DNA of 52,381 nucleotides from IMG/VR virus record IMGVR_UViG_3300015242_000254, positions 1 to 52,381 of that record; one strand, given 5' to 3'. This document shows, in pieces, positions 18,919 to 28,459 of this stretch; the stretch's first letter is position 1, and every line of letters starts with the position of its first letter. The notes beneath the pieces are model-generated. The model was not told the DNA's origin. It was given only the letters and a program-made list of their open reading frames with translations, and made no database searches. The DNA is from a virus. Its lineage: Duplodnaviria; Caudoviricetes. The position numbers were made by a program, and so were the translations under genes.

Positions 18919-20742
18919 GTGCCGACGGCGAATGATATTTCCTCCAACATCATCGACGCCCTGCGGGTCACCGAGCCCACTCTGGATACGTCGATCGGAT
19001 CGGTCATCCGCAAGATCGTCGACGCGGCCTCCGGATCGATCTCCGAGGCCTACACGGACAGCCATCTGGTCAGTTACGCCTACGACATCGACTCCAAGAC
19101 CGGCGGCGACCTCGACGACTTTTGCGCCCTGTTCGGCATCGCTCGACTGCAGGCACAGCGCGCCACCGGCGTGGTGACCTTCTCCCGGCCTTCCTCGATC
19201 GCTACCACCCGGACGGGCGTCGTCGGCGCCGGGATCCAGGTGCTGGCGATGACCACTCCGGCGGTCTACGTCCAGACCATCACCTCGGCCGTCATGGCTA
19301 TCGGCCAGACCTCGATCGACGTGCCCGTTCAGGCGCTCGTGGCTGGCCCGCAGGGCAACGTCGCGGCCGGGACCCTGGTTAACCTCGCCACGGCCATCGA
19401 CGGCGTGACCAGCTGCACCAACTCAGCCTCGCTGGCCTTCGGTACAGACTCCGAGTCGGACGACCAGCTCCGGTCCCGATTCAAGGCCACCGTGTTCCGC
19501 AACCTCGCAGGAACCGAGGCGATGTACCGCGCGATGGCCCTGCAGGTGCAGGCAGACCCGAGCGACTCGACCAGCCGGGCCGTCAGCCAGGTCAACCTGA
19601 TCGGACCGAAGAAGACCTGGACCGAGCAGGTGGCGGTCGTCTCCGGTGTCGCGAGCACGAGCCTGACCAGCGCGGCCTACATCTACCCGCGCTCGGTCTA
19701 CGTCGGCGCCAACATCAGCCAGGGCCAGTTCCTTACCCCGACCACGCAGTACACCGTCACGATCAACAACGCGGTCAACCCCGCCACCCTGCAGATCGCC
19801 AGCGTGGGCACCAACATGCCCGACGGCTTCTACGACCTGCAGTTCGACTACGTGCCGACCTACTCGCGCAATGATCCGCTCTCGACTCGGTTCGGCGCGG
19901 TCGGCGCCAACATCACCAACCGCATCGACTTGTGGGTCAACGGCATCGTCGCCCAGACCGCGACCCAGGCCTGCGTGTTCACCTCCACCAGCGCCATGCG
20001 CTTCAACACCACGCCGAACGACCCGCTGCAGGCCAGTCGCTACATCAAGCTCAACGGCAGCCCGCCCTCCAACAACGACGTCTTCGTGCCGCTCGCCTAC
20101 GGGCCGATCATCAGCGTGCCCGCCTCACTGGTTATCGGAGCGAACACCTTCGTACTCGGCACGCACTACGACATCGTCCACCAGAACGATGCCTTCGGCT
20201 ACGGACCGACCTCGCGCTACGGGCTCGTCTTCTACGTGGCCGGATCCTTGCCCGTCTCCAACACCGCGTTCTCCATCACCTACACCTACAACTCGGTGCC
20301 AGCGAGCGTGCAGAACGCGATCGAGAGCCAGTGGCGCCTGCTCGGCACGGACATGCAGGTGCACGGCGGGAAGATCGTCCAGTACCGCTACCACCTCGCG
20401 ATCGTCTTCGACCGCACCTACGACCAGTCCACGGTGACCACCAACGTCAACACTGCGCTGGCGGCCTTCATCAACGGGCTCGGCTTCAACTCCGCGATGC
20501 AGGTCAGCGACCTCCTGCAGGTGATTCACAACGTGCCCGGCGTGGACAACGCGCGCTTCCTCAACAACACCGACGACGGCACGCACTACGCGATGGAGAT
20601 CATCCTGCCCTCGGGCGCGACCGGAGCGGTGGCATCCTCCGGCGGCCGGGCGATCGACGTCTACTTCGACGATGCGTCCTACCCGCTGTTCCACAGCACC
20701 CGGATCATCGCCAAGGCGCGTAACAACTTTGGTACGCCATGA
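18919..20742 (+). CDS. Baseplate J-like protein
   Basis: LDDFCALFGIARLQAQRATGVVTF, AGPQGNVAAG, GTDSESDDQLRSR, VPGVDNA. Confidence 0.9.
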   Translation: MPTANDISSNIIDALRVTEPTLDTSIGSVIRKIVDAASGSISEAYTDSHLVSYAYDIDSKTGGDLDDFCALFGIARLQAQRATGVVTFSRPSSIATTRTGVVGAGIQVLAMTTPAVYVQTITSAVMAIGQTSIDVPVQALVAGPQGNVAAGTLVNLATAIDGVTSCTNSASLAFGTDSESDDQLRSRFKATVFRNLAGTEAMYRAMALQVQADPSDSTSRAVSQVNLIGPKKTWTEQVAVVSGVASTSLTSAAYIYPRSVYVGANISQGQFLTPTTQYTVTINNAVNPATLQIASVGTNMPDGFYDLQFDYVPTYSRNDPLSTRFGAVGANITNRIDLWVNGIVAQTATQACVFTSTSAMRFNTTPNDPLQASRYIKLNGSPPSNNDVFVPLAYGPIISVPASLVIGANTFVLGTHYDIVHQNDAFGYGPTSRYGLVFYVAGSLPVSNTAFSITYTYNSVPASVQNAIESQWRLLGTDMQVHGGKIVQYRYHLAIVFDRTYDQSTVTTNVNTALAAFINGLGFNSAMQVSDLLQVIHNVPGVDNARFLNNTDDGTHYAMEIILPSGATGAVASSGGRAIDVYFDDASYPLFHSTRIIAKARNNFGTP

Positions 20743-22025
20743 CCAATCCCTTCAACGTCAACCAGGGCGACCAGACCAGCTTCTTCCAGTCGCAGCAGAT
20801 CGACCCGAGCACGGCCGACCTCGTCTCCGACCAGATCGATCCCACCCAGCCGCAGGTCACCGGGCTCACCTCGGTCAGCGACCCGATCATCCCCGACCGA
20901 GTGGTCGTGGACCGGCTCACGCACCTCGATCCTTCGCTCTACGACCTGCGAGACAGCTCGCACCTCATGCGCCTACTCAAGGCGCTGCTCGGCGCGGCCG
21001 GAGCCGGTGGTCTGCGCAAGCAGATGACCATGACGCGGCTGTCGGGATCGCTGTCAGGCACACACTTCCTCGATCTCGACGGCTTCTGGGGAGCGCTGTT
21101 TACGATCGGGCGCATCTCGCCCGAGTCGATGCCCGCCAATGCCGATGGCACCTCGTTCAACCCGTTCACCCAAGTCGCCGACTCCGAGACCTGGGACGAC
21201 GTCACCAGCCGCGACGGCATGTACCGCAGCCGCATCACGCAGTTCGCTCGGGCAATCAACCAGGGAGCCACCTACTACGGCATCCTTGCGGCAGCCGAGG
21301 CGCTGCTGGGCATCGAGTGCGACCTCATCGAGTCGTGGACCTACGCGGACCTGATCCCGCCGGGCCAGCTGGGCAGCGCGATCAACCCCAATACCTGGTT
21401 CGTGGTCACCTCCCAGTGGCCCACCTACGGAGCGGCCAACGGGCTGTCGTGGGGAGCGCTTGAGGGCGGTATACAGCTTCCTGGGCAAGCCCCGCTGGCC
21501 AGCCGGGGCGAAGTGATCATCCGGCCCAAGCGCGCGATCAGCCAGGAGGAGAAGCGTCAGGTCAGCCACGTGCTCGACGTGATCCGCCCAGCCGGGACGC
21601 TGATGACCGTGCTGGAATCCGGCGACGAGATCCAACAGACGTTGACCGCGCGCAGCGTGTGGGCCGACTCGGAGTCCTGGAACGTCGTCTCCGTGGTCAC
21701 CGAGCGCCCGGGCCTACTCGACCCGAGCCAGGAGATCTACCCGGCCCAGGGGCAGTACCAGGGCGCGCGTCCGGCCTTCAGTGCCTACTCCGGTGAATCG
21801 ATCAACTACAACAGCCGCGTCAGCGCGGTGAAGAGCTACCAGATGATCGACGACACCATCACCGACGCGGCCAGCGACTACGGCAGCGTGACCTACCTCG
21901 ACGGGCAGACGCACGACTACGTACCCATCGAAGCGCTCATGAGCGCCCACCAGGCCGCCGCGACCCGGGCAGCCAGCGAGGGCATCATGACGTCCTACCC
22001 GTACCCACCGGCGAGGACCTCATGA
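20739..22025 (+). CDS. Baseplate wedge protein (gpI-like)
   Basis: Follows baseplate J; DLDGFWG...YRSRI...GATYYGI...IRPAGT. Confidence 0.7.
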   Translation: MTNPFNVNQGDQTSFFQSQQIDPSTADLVSDQIDPTQPQVTGLTSVSDPIIPDRVVVDRLTHLDPSLYDLRDSSHLMRLLKALLGAAGAGGLRKQMTMTRLSGSLSGTHFLDLDGFWGALFTIGRISPESMPANADGTSFNPFTQVADSETWDDVTSRDGMYRSRITQFARAINQGATYYGILAAAEALLGIECDLIESWTYADLIPPGQLGSAINPNTWFVVTSQWPTYGAANGLSWGALEGGIQLPGQAPLASRGEVIIRPKRAISQEEKRQVSHVLDVIRPAGTLMTVLESGDEIQQTLTARSVWADSESWNVVSVVTERPGLLDPSQEIYPAQGQYQGARPAFSAYSGESINYNSRVSAVKSYQMIDDTITDAASDYGSVTYLDGQTHDYVPIEALMSAHQAAATRAASEGIMTSYPYPPARTS

Positions 22026-25000
22026 CCAGTTCGCTCGGATCGCTGTTCGTCGACCACTCAGACCTGTCGACCTTCAGCCAGGCCATCTCGCTCAACTCCG
22101 ACCAGGTGCCATCCCAGCAACTCGACCAGCAGTTCTGGGCGACTCCCGAGCGCAGCGTCGACTCACTCGTCCAGGAGACGCTGGAGATCACCCTGACCAG
22201 CCCGCGTCTGGTCAACACGCTCTCCTTCGACGTCGCGCGCTACCCACACACCTCGACGGTGGAGTACTTCACCGATCAGGGAGTATGGGCGCCACTCATC
22301 GACGGAGTCACCGGCGCGCCGGTGGTCACCTCGATCGTGCAGTCGGTACCGGCCAAGCTTCCCAAGGCCACGGCCGTCCCAGGGCACCTGCACCCGCAGC
22401 ACTCCTACGCGGGCCACTGGGAGCACGTCAGCCTGCAGGTCAAGCCCACGACCCTGCAACGCTTCCGGCTCGTCCTGCAGCGCAGCCTGTTCGGTCAGCC
22501 GCCACTGGACGCGTTCGGCCGAGCCATCCCCTACTCCCTTGCAGTCTCCAGCCTGCTGATCGGCTATCGAATCTCCTCGCTCGCCGAGGTCCCCCGCACG
22601 GCCCTGCAGGCCGACAGCTTCACCACCCGGCAGTCCTTCGCCACCACCGACGACTTGCTCGGTTCCTCGGTGGACTACTCGCTGCGTACCAACTTCGCGC
22701 GCAACGTCATCGGCAACACCGACGAGCAGGCCAGCCTGATCTGGCGCTGTGAGCCGCAGCCCTACCCGCGCGCCGTGGTCAGCTTCTACACAGACCTGCG
22801 TGATCCCCGAGGGCAAGGGCAGGTCGTCGACCGGATCTTCATCGACCCGATCAACAACGGCGCGCACCTCTCGCTCTACTACTGCAACCAGACGCCGGTC
22901 GGCGGGTTCAACCCGGTCGCCGACCCGCTCACCGCAGCCCAAGCCTCCTTCAGCGGGACGGCTGGCCTGCGGGGAGCAGCACTGCATCTCGGCGCCTACG
23001 GCGAGAACGCGGCTGTCGGCATCGACAACACCAATCTCGGCTTCGACCCCAGCCTGCCCTGGTGGATCGGCATCCGCGCCCGGACGAACTACGACCAGGG
23101 AGTGGACGGAACCGAGCATCCGTTGTTCGACTGCGGCGCCTTCCGGATCTCCATCACCGCCGACGGGTTGCTCCTCACGTCCTCGGCCGGGGACGTAGTC
23201 GATCTGTCGTTGGCCTACATCAACTCGCAGGACATCACCCTGATCGCGTCCTACGACGGCGTCAACTTCTTCCTGCACGCGATCACTGCGCAGGACGACG
23301 AGCAGGTCACGCAGGCCGCCTCGACCGTGATCGTGCCAACAGACATCCCGGCTCTGAGCCTCGGCAGCGACCTGGCAGGCACGGTGTTCGCCAACGTCGA
23401 GCTGTTCGACTTCATCCTCAAGGAGGAGCTGCTTCCTGATGAAGGGTTCCTCGGCGCGCCCGACGTCTACTCCAGCGTCACACAGTTCGCTACCGACGAC
23501 GGACCTTCGGCAGCCAACGCTCTGTTGCGTCTCGACTCGACCAACCCGCTGATCAGCACGGCCTACCCATCCGGGCTGTTCGGGGGACCGGCGGCCAAGT
23601 ACGAGCAGATGGTGTGGACGCCGATCCCGCGCGACTACCTTATGCAGCGTGGCTGGATGTTCCTCCCTGCCACCAAGGTGAAGTTCCTCAAGATGGAGTT
23701 CACCAATCTGCAGGCTGAATACCGCGACGTCTACGTCCCGACCACCCAGCTGATCAAGACCTTCCCGCCTGACGTGCTGGCTGACTTCGCACAGCGTGTC
23801 AAGGATCGGTCGGTCACCGCAGATGACCTCGGGCTCCTCACGATGTCCTCGCTGACCAGCGCGAGCCCCTACATCGACTTCCCGGTCTTCATCTCCACCG
23901 GCGGGACGCAGAAGGGCTACAGCAATACCGAGGCGTATGTTGCCGACGACTACACCTCCGGTAACCGGCTCTACCAGTCGCGCGGGTGGATGTGGGGCTA
24001 CCAGGCGCTGCACTCGCCCAGCTCCGCCCCACGCTGGAACAAGGTCGCCAAGCACGACTACACCACCGAGCTGGTGACCTCGACGACCAAGCTGGCCTAC
24101 TTCGTCGGACTGCGACGCATCCAGTTCGCGCGCACCGTCTTCACCGGCCAGGATGACGCCGCACAGTACGAAGACATGCTGATCGACGAAGCCAACATCG
24201 TCAGCTCGAACTGGGTCTTCGACCCCGAGCACGAGGCGCTGTCCTCCGGCGACGCGGCCAAGGCCCAGGCCGTCTCCTCGGTGTTCGGCAGCTCGCGCAA
24301 CCTGCGCGGGATCCAGTTCGCCGCTCAGCAGTCAGAGCCAGCGCAGCTGCTACTCGACCCGGACTTCGCGGATCCGAAGTACCAGCACTGGACCTTCATC
24401 GGGGATGCCGAGTTCACCCAGTCGGCGACCCTGAGTCCGCTGGTGGGCACGGTGCTCCCGGTCACCCGCTCAATCGTCACCGGCTACTGGGGAGACATCG
24501 CCCCGCTCTACCCGACGTGGGGAGACCTCGTCGCCGGAGGAGTCACCTACGGCCAGCTCATCACCAGCGGTCGTACACGTCAGACGGAAGGCGGCATCGC
24601 CAGCGTCACCCCGGTCGCCCAACCGGCAGGAGGACGGCTCCTGGCAGCTGCTCGCGTGGTGGCGCCCGCCGATCTGGTCAGTCCGCTGTGGGTGCAGATC
24701 GTGGACGCGACCACCGGCGCCGTGCTCGCCGAAGAATCGGCGATCGTACGACGCGACCAGGTCACCGAGTGGTTCACCGAGTACACCATCGGCGAGGGAG
24801 GAACCTTCAGTCCGGTGCTCTGGGGAGATCTCGTTGGACCTCCGGGCACCGCCTACCCGTCGCTGGCTGACAGCTTCGGCCGACCCAATGCCACCGTCCT
24901 CGGGGTCATGGACTCCGGTCAGCAGTGGCTCACCGGCGCCAACGGGCTGAGCCTGACCATCGCCTCACTCAAGGCCAAGACCACCGTGGTCGGTCAGTCC

Positions 25001-26689
25001 AACTACGTCGACACCAGCTCGCCGTGGGGATCGCTGAAGGTCACCCTCGGCAACGCGATCACCACCGGCACCGCGAGCGCCAGCGTGATGCTGCTGGATC
25101 TCGGCGGCTACAAGCTGATGAACGACGGGCGCATCGTCTCCACGGCCACCACGAACGCCACCGCGCCGCTATTCACCCCGGCCACCAACGACCAGCTGCG
25201 CTTCGACTTCATGCCGACCAAGGGTGTGCCCGTCGGACAGCTCCCGGCCGGAGGAAGCGCGACCCTGCTGCCGTACGCGATGGTGATCTACCGCAACAAC
25301 AACTGGGTCGCCACGGTGCTCACCGCGCGCGAGTTCCTGACGTTGCGCGGGATCGGCGGTCAGGTCAACCAGCTCTTCTCCACCTTCGTCTGGACGCCGA
25401 GCTACGCAGAGGTCCCCACCGGCACCAACGTCGTGCACATGCCGATGCCGAGCGACGGGTCCCTGTCGGCCGACAGCACCTACTGGACGGCCAGCGACGG
25501 AAGTCAGTGGTTCCTCACCGGCGCCTACGCCTTCGCCACCGGCGTGTCCTATTTCGGGGCGATCTCCACGGCCACTCCCACGGCGACCGGCGTCAGCTCG
25601 ATCACGCGAGACTACGTCGACACCTTCGGCAGCTTCGTCATCAACATCACCCAGCTCGCGGCCGGGGTGACCACCACGACCTACATGCTCGCGATACTCG
25701 ACATCGACTTCGAGAACGTGATCACGACCTACCTGCGCGCGGACGGGGCGGTCGTGAGCGTGGCTCAGGACGGCACGGTCACCGTACTCAAGTCCGGCGC
25801 GGTGCCGAGCCCGGCCAACGGGACGCTGTCGGTGCGCTACGTGCCGACCTCGATCCTGTCCTCGACGTTCAAGACCACCTACTCGGTCCAGCCCACCGAC
25901 ACCAAGGCGCTGATCTTCGTCCAGAACGGCGCGGTGCAGGGAGTCTTCTCCGGCGGGGACACTCTGTGGGTCAGTACGTGGCGCGGAATCGTCAGCTACA
26001 ACGACGGCGCGGCGCACTTCACCATCCACGAAGGCATGTCGTGGAGCCCGGATGCCAGCCAGGTCGCGCTCGACACCCGCGCCCGTACGTGGGGCGACGT
26101 CGACCAGAACAACACCCTGACCTGGGGCGACCTCGCCTTCAGCCAGAACATCAACACCGACCCGGTGGTCGTGCAGGTGGTGCAGAAGGCGGCCTCCGGC
26201 GACACCTGGTACATGGACACGCTGAGCCTGTTCAGCGACCCGATCGTCTGGGAGTTCTCCAACGACGGGGGCCGGAGCTGGGTCCCCGGGCTCGACATCC
26301 GCAACAACCCCAAGGGCGTGCTGCTCTTCCCGCCGCCTTCGCCCGGCGCCAGCAACCCGAACCCGCCGCAGAACAAGCTCACCTGGCGCGTCACCGCCTG
26401 GGGTCCGAACGCGTGGATCAGCCATCTGGTCATCCGGCCGTGGTACCAGGGATTGACCCAGGGCATCCCGCCGCGCACGGCGGCCAGCCAACAGGGGCCG
26501 AACGTCAACCCCTACGACCACTACCCGCCGATCGAGCAGGACCCGCGCTTCCGGGTGTGGAACAAGCCGATCCCGCGCTCGTGGTGGTTCGCCTACCGTG
26601 ATCACGACCCGACCCACATCAGCGACATCACCGCCCAGTGGCTCACGCTGCTCGCCGGTGACGCGCTCGTCTTGCCGGAGGTCCTCTAG
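22022..26689 (+). CDS. Large baseplate / minor tail protein (1555 aa)
   Basis: ATGA-coupled long ORF; FSNDGGRSW Asp-box; repeated WGD motifs. Confidence 0.75.
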   Translation: MTSSLGSLFVDHSDLSTFSQAISLNSDQVPSQQLDQQFWATPERSVDSLVQETLEITLTSPRLVNTLSFDVARYPHTSTVEYFTDQGVWAPLIDGVTGAPVVTSIVQSVPAKLPKATAVPGHLHPQHSYAGHWEHVSLQVKPTTLQRFRLVLQRSLFGQPPLDAFGRAIPYSLAVSSLLIGYRISSLAEVPRTALQADSFTTRQSFATTDDLLGSSVDYSLRTNFARNVIGNTDEQASLIWRCEPQPYPRAVVSFYTDLRDPRGQGQVVDRIFIDPINNGAHLSLYYCNQTPVGGFNPVADPLTAAQASFSGTAGLRGAALHLGAYGENAAVGIDNTNLGFDPSLPWWIGIRARTNYDQGVDGTEHPLFDCGAFRISITADGLLLTSSAGDVVDLSLAYINSQDITLIASYDGVNFFLHAITAQDDEQVTQAASTVIVPTDIPALSLGSDLAGTVFANVELFDFILKEELLPDEGFLGAPDVYSSVTQFATDDGPSAANALLRLDSTNPLISTAYPSGLFGGPAAKYEQMVWTPIPRDYLMQRGWMFLPATKVKFLKMEFTNLQAEYRDVYVPTTQLIKTFPPDVLADFAQRVKDRSVTADDLGLLTMSSLTSASPYIDFPVFISTGGTQKGYSNTEAYVADDYTSGNRLYQSRGWMWGYQALHSPSSAPRWNKVAKHDYTTELVTSTTKLAYFVGLRRIQFARTVFTGQDDAAQYEDMLIDEANIVSSNWVFDPEHEALSSGDAAKAQAVSSVFGSSRNLRGIQFAAQQSEPAQLLLDPDFADPKYQHWTFIGDAEFTQSATLSPLVGTVLPVTRSIVTGYWGDIAPLYPTWGDLVAGGVTYGQLITSGRTRQTEGGIASVTPVAQPAGGRLLAAARVVAPADLVSPLWVQIVDATTGAVLAEESAIVRRDQVTEWFTEYTIGEGGTFSPVLWGDLVGPPGTAYPSLADSFGRPNATVLGVMDSGQQWLTGANGLSLTIASLKAKTTVVGQSNYVDTSSPWGSLKVTLGNAITTGTASASVMLLDLGGYKLMNDGRIVSTATTNATAPLFTPATNDQLRFDFMPTKGVPVGQLPAGGSATLLPYAMVIYRNNNWVATVLTAREFLTLRGIGGQVNQLFSTFVWTPSYAEVPTGTNVVHMPMPSDGSLSADSTYWTASDGSQWFLTGAYAFATGVSYFGAISTATPTATGVSSITRDYVDTFGSFVINITQLAAGVTTTTYMLAILDIDFENVITTYLRADGAVVSVAQDGTVTVLKSGAVPSPANGTLSVRYVPTSILSSTFKTTYSVQPTDTKALIFVQNGAVQGVFSGGDTLWVSTWRGIVSYNDGAAHFTIHEGMSWSPDASQVALDTRARTWGDVDQNNTLTWGDLAFSQNINTDPVVVQVVQKAASGDTWYMDTLSLFSDPIVWEFSNDGGRSWVPGLDIRNNPKGVLLFPPPSPGASNPNPPQNKLTWRVTAWGPNAWISHLVIRPWYQGLTQGIPPRTAASQQGPNVNPYDHYPPIEQDPRFRVWNKPIPRSWWFAYRDHDPTHISDITAQWLTLLAGDALVLPEVL

Positions 26690-27241
26690 ATGGGCAAGAA
26701 GATTGCTGTCCGGGCGGCCGAACGCGCTGCCACTCGGTACGTAGTGAATGAATCTGGATGTCACATCAGCACTTACTGCCGTGAACGAGGCAACTACGCC
26801 ATGGTGCAGTGGAAAGAAGATGGTCGCGTCCACGGAGTTCCGGCCCATCGAGCTGCTTTCCAGCACTACACCGGCGAAGATCCGGCAGAGATGGAAGTTG
26901 ATCATCTCTGTCATGATCCGAAGGTCTGTTCTGGTGGGGATACTTGTCCGCACCGACCTTGCGTCAAGCGTGAGCATCTAGCGCTCGCGACTTCTCGGGA
27001 GAACGCGCTGCGAAGCAATGGCCCTAGTGCCATCAATGCTCGGAAGACCCATTGTCCGAAGTGTGGTGGTGAGTACAGCTACTACAGCTCTGAGAACGCA
27101 AGCGTCGGGCGGTACTGCTTGTCCTGTCGACGGAAAGCCACGCGGGAAGCGCAGCGGCGATACGTGCAGAGGCATCCCGATCGCGCACGCGCTAGCCAGC
27201 GGCGATACACAGCCAAGAAGGAGAGTGTTTCGGTTGTCTAG
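26690..27241 (+). CDS. HNH endonuclease with C-terminal Zn-binding domain
   Basis: AHRAAF...EVDHLC...CVKREHL..ATSRENALR...KTHCPKCG...YCLSCRR; lower GC than the flanks. Confidence 0.9.
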   Translation: MGKKIAVRAAERAATRYVVNESGCHISTYCRERGNYAMVQWKEDGRVHGVPAHRAAFQHYTGEDPAEMEVDHLCHDPKVCSGGDTCPHRPCVKREHLALATSRENALRSNGPSAINARKTHCPKCGGEYSYYSSENASVGRYCLSCRRKATREAQRRYVQRHPDRARASQRRYTAKKESVSVV

Positions 27242-28058
27242 GGCCCACCTGTACCGCACCGTCCAGTCGCTGGGCGGCGCGCTTGTCGTCGGTGCCTCGG
27301 TGACCATCTGCGAGGCCGGGACGAGCACCCCGATCCTGCAGATCCTCTACACCACCGAGACCGGCTCCGATACGCGCTCGAACCCGTTCCTGGCGGCCGA
27401 CGGCATCATCGACGTCTACCTCGACGACTCGCAGGACGTCGACCTGATCATCACCTACGGATCCTCGACGCTGACGGCGGCCTACCAGAACGTGCTACCG
27501 CCCTCCGATGAGATCTTCACCGCCGGTTCGCCGGTCACGGTGACCAACGGTCCCTCGACCAACTACCTGCTCGCCGGGGTCGACCCCACGCACGCCGTAT
27601 GGGTCCCGCCGTCCTCGGTGATTCCTGGCCAGCTCGATGCGGCCATGCCCCAGCCGTCCATTCCCGCGATCGGTGCCGCCAACGGACTCCAGCTGATCCT
27701 GTGGGACGGCCTGGACTCCACCGGTGCCGCGATGCCCGCCGGGTTCGATCACATCCTGATCGCCACCGACGACGGGGTCGTCCTCGGCACGCTCCTGACT
27801 GCCGGTGGGCTCCTCCCTCAGCTGCCTGGCCCGTTCGACTTCACCTTCACCGCGTTCAACCAGGCAGGCCACTCGGGGGCTCCCTCCGACCTGAGCACCT
27901 ACCAGCCCTACGTGCCGCCCACCTTCTCCGGGCCGAACCAGCTCACGGTCGGCGCGGCCGGACCGGCAGCAGCCCTACCAGCCACCCCCACGACCTACTT
28001 GTCCGTTACGGACGATGATGGTGCTCAATGGGTTATTCCTGCGTATCCGGTGGCCTGA
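27234..28058 (+). CDS. Putative virion protein (tail fibre/appendage related)
   Basis: TTG start with AAGGAGAG RBS; GASVTICEAGTSTP...SNPFLAADG carboxypeptidase-regulatory-like N-terminus; Fn3-like segment TAFNQAGHSGAPS. Confidence 0.65.
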   Translation: MSRAHLYRTVQSLGGALVVGASVTICEAGTSTPILQILYTTETGSDTRSNPFLAADGIIDVYLDDSQDVDLIITYGSSTLTAAYQNVLPPSDEIFTAGSPVTVTNGPSTNYLLAGVDPTHAVWVPPSSVIPGQLDAAMPQPSIPAIGAANGLQLILWDGLDSTGAAMPAGFDHILIATDDGVVLGTLLTAGGLLPQLPGPFDFTFTAFNQAGHSGAPSDLSTYQPYVPPTFSGPNQLTVGAAGPAAALPATPTTYLSVTDDDGAQWVIPAYPVA

Positions 28059-28075
28059 CCATTTGAAGTAGTGAC
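28038..28075 (+). promoter_or_regulatory. Putative phage late promoter, copy 3
   Basis: CCTGCG...GAAGTAGTGAC; CTG at 28039 and GAAG at 28065 (26-nt offset). Confidence 0.5.
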
Positions 28076-28150
28076 TTGCGTTCTTGCAAAGCAGACTGGT
28101 AATAGGGCATCCTCGAAATTGGAATAGCCAATCGAGGAGGCCTGAACACC

Positions 28151-28459
28151 ATGGCGTTGGAGCTGGCGGCTGCCCGGGCGGTAGCTCAGGCCAAGCTGCT
28201 GGAGCGCGCACTGCACGACCCAGGCCCGTGGGAGATCCAGGTCAACGACGTCCGCATGCTGGCCGTCAAGGTGAAGACTCCGAACCGTGTGATCTTCCTG
28301 GCTTACTTCCCGCCGATGTGCTGGGTGGACCCGCCCGAGGTCGCGTGGCTGGTCTGTCGGGGCGAGGAGATGGCCTGCCGACAGATCGTGGCTCCCGGAG
28401 AGGGCGCGCACGAGATCGAGTGGTCTCTCGGTCTGGACGAGGGTCTCGTCAACGCATGA
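28151..28459 (+). CDS. Hypothetical protein
   Basis: GAGGAGG RBS; ATGA coupling to the helicase gene. Confidence 0.7.
   Translation: MALELAAARAVAQAKLLERALHDPGPWEIQVNDVRMLAVKVKTPNRVIFLAYFPPMCWVDPPEVAWLVCRGEEMACRQIVAPGEGAHEIEWSLGLDEGLVNA

Noticed and set aside
22163-26977. Long minus-strand and alternate-frame ORFs (e.g. 22163..24232, 24925..26601, 25169..26977; likewise 48650..50479)
   Set aside because: Typical high-GC shadow frames overlapping well-supported plus-strand genes, with no recognisable motifs.
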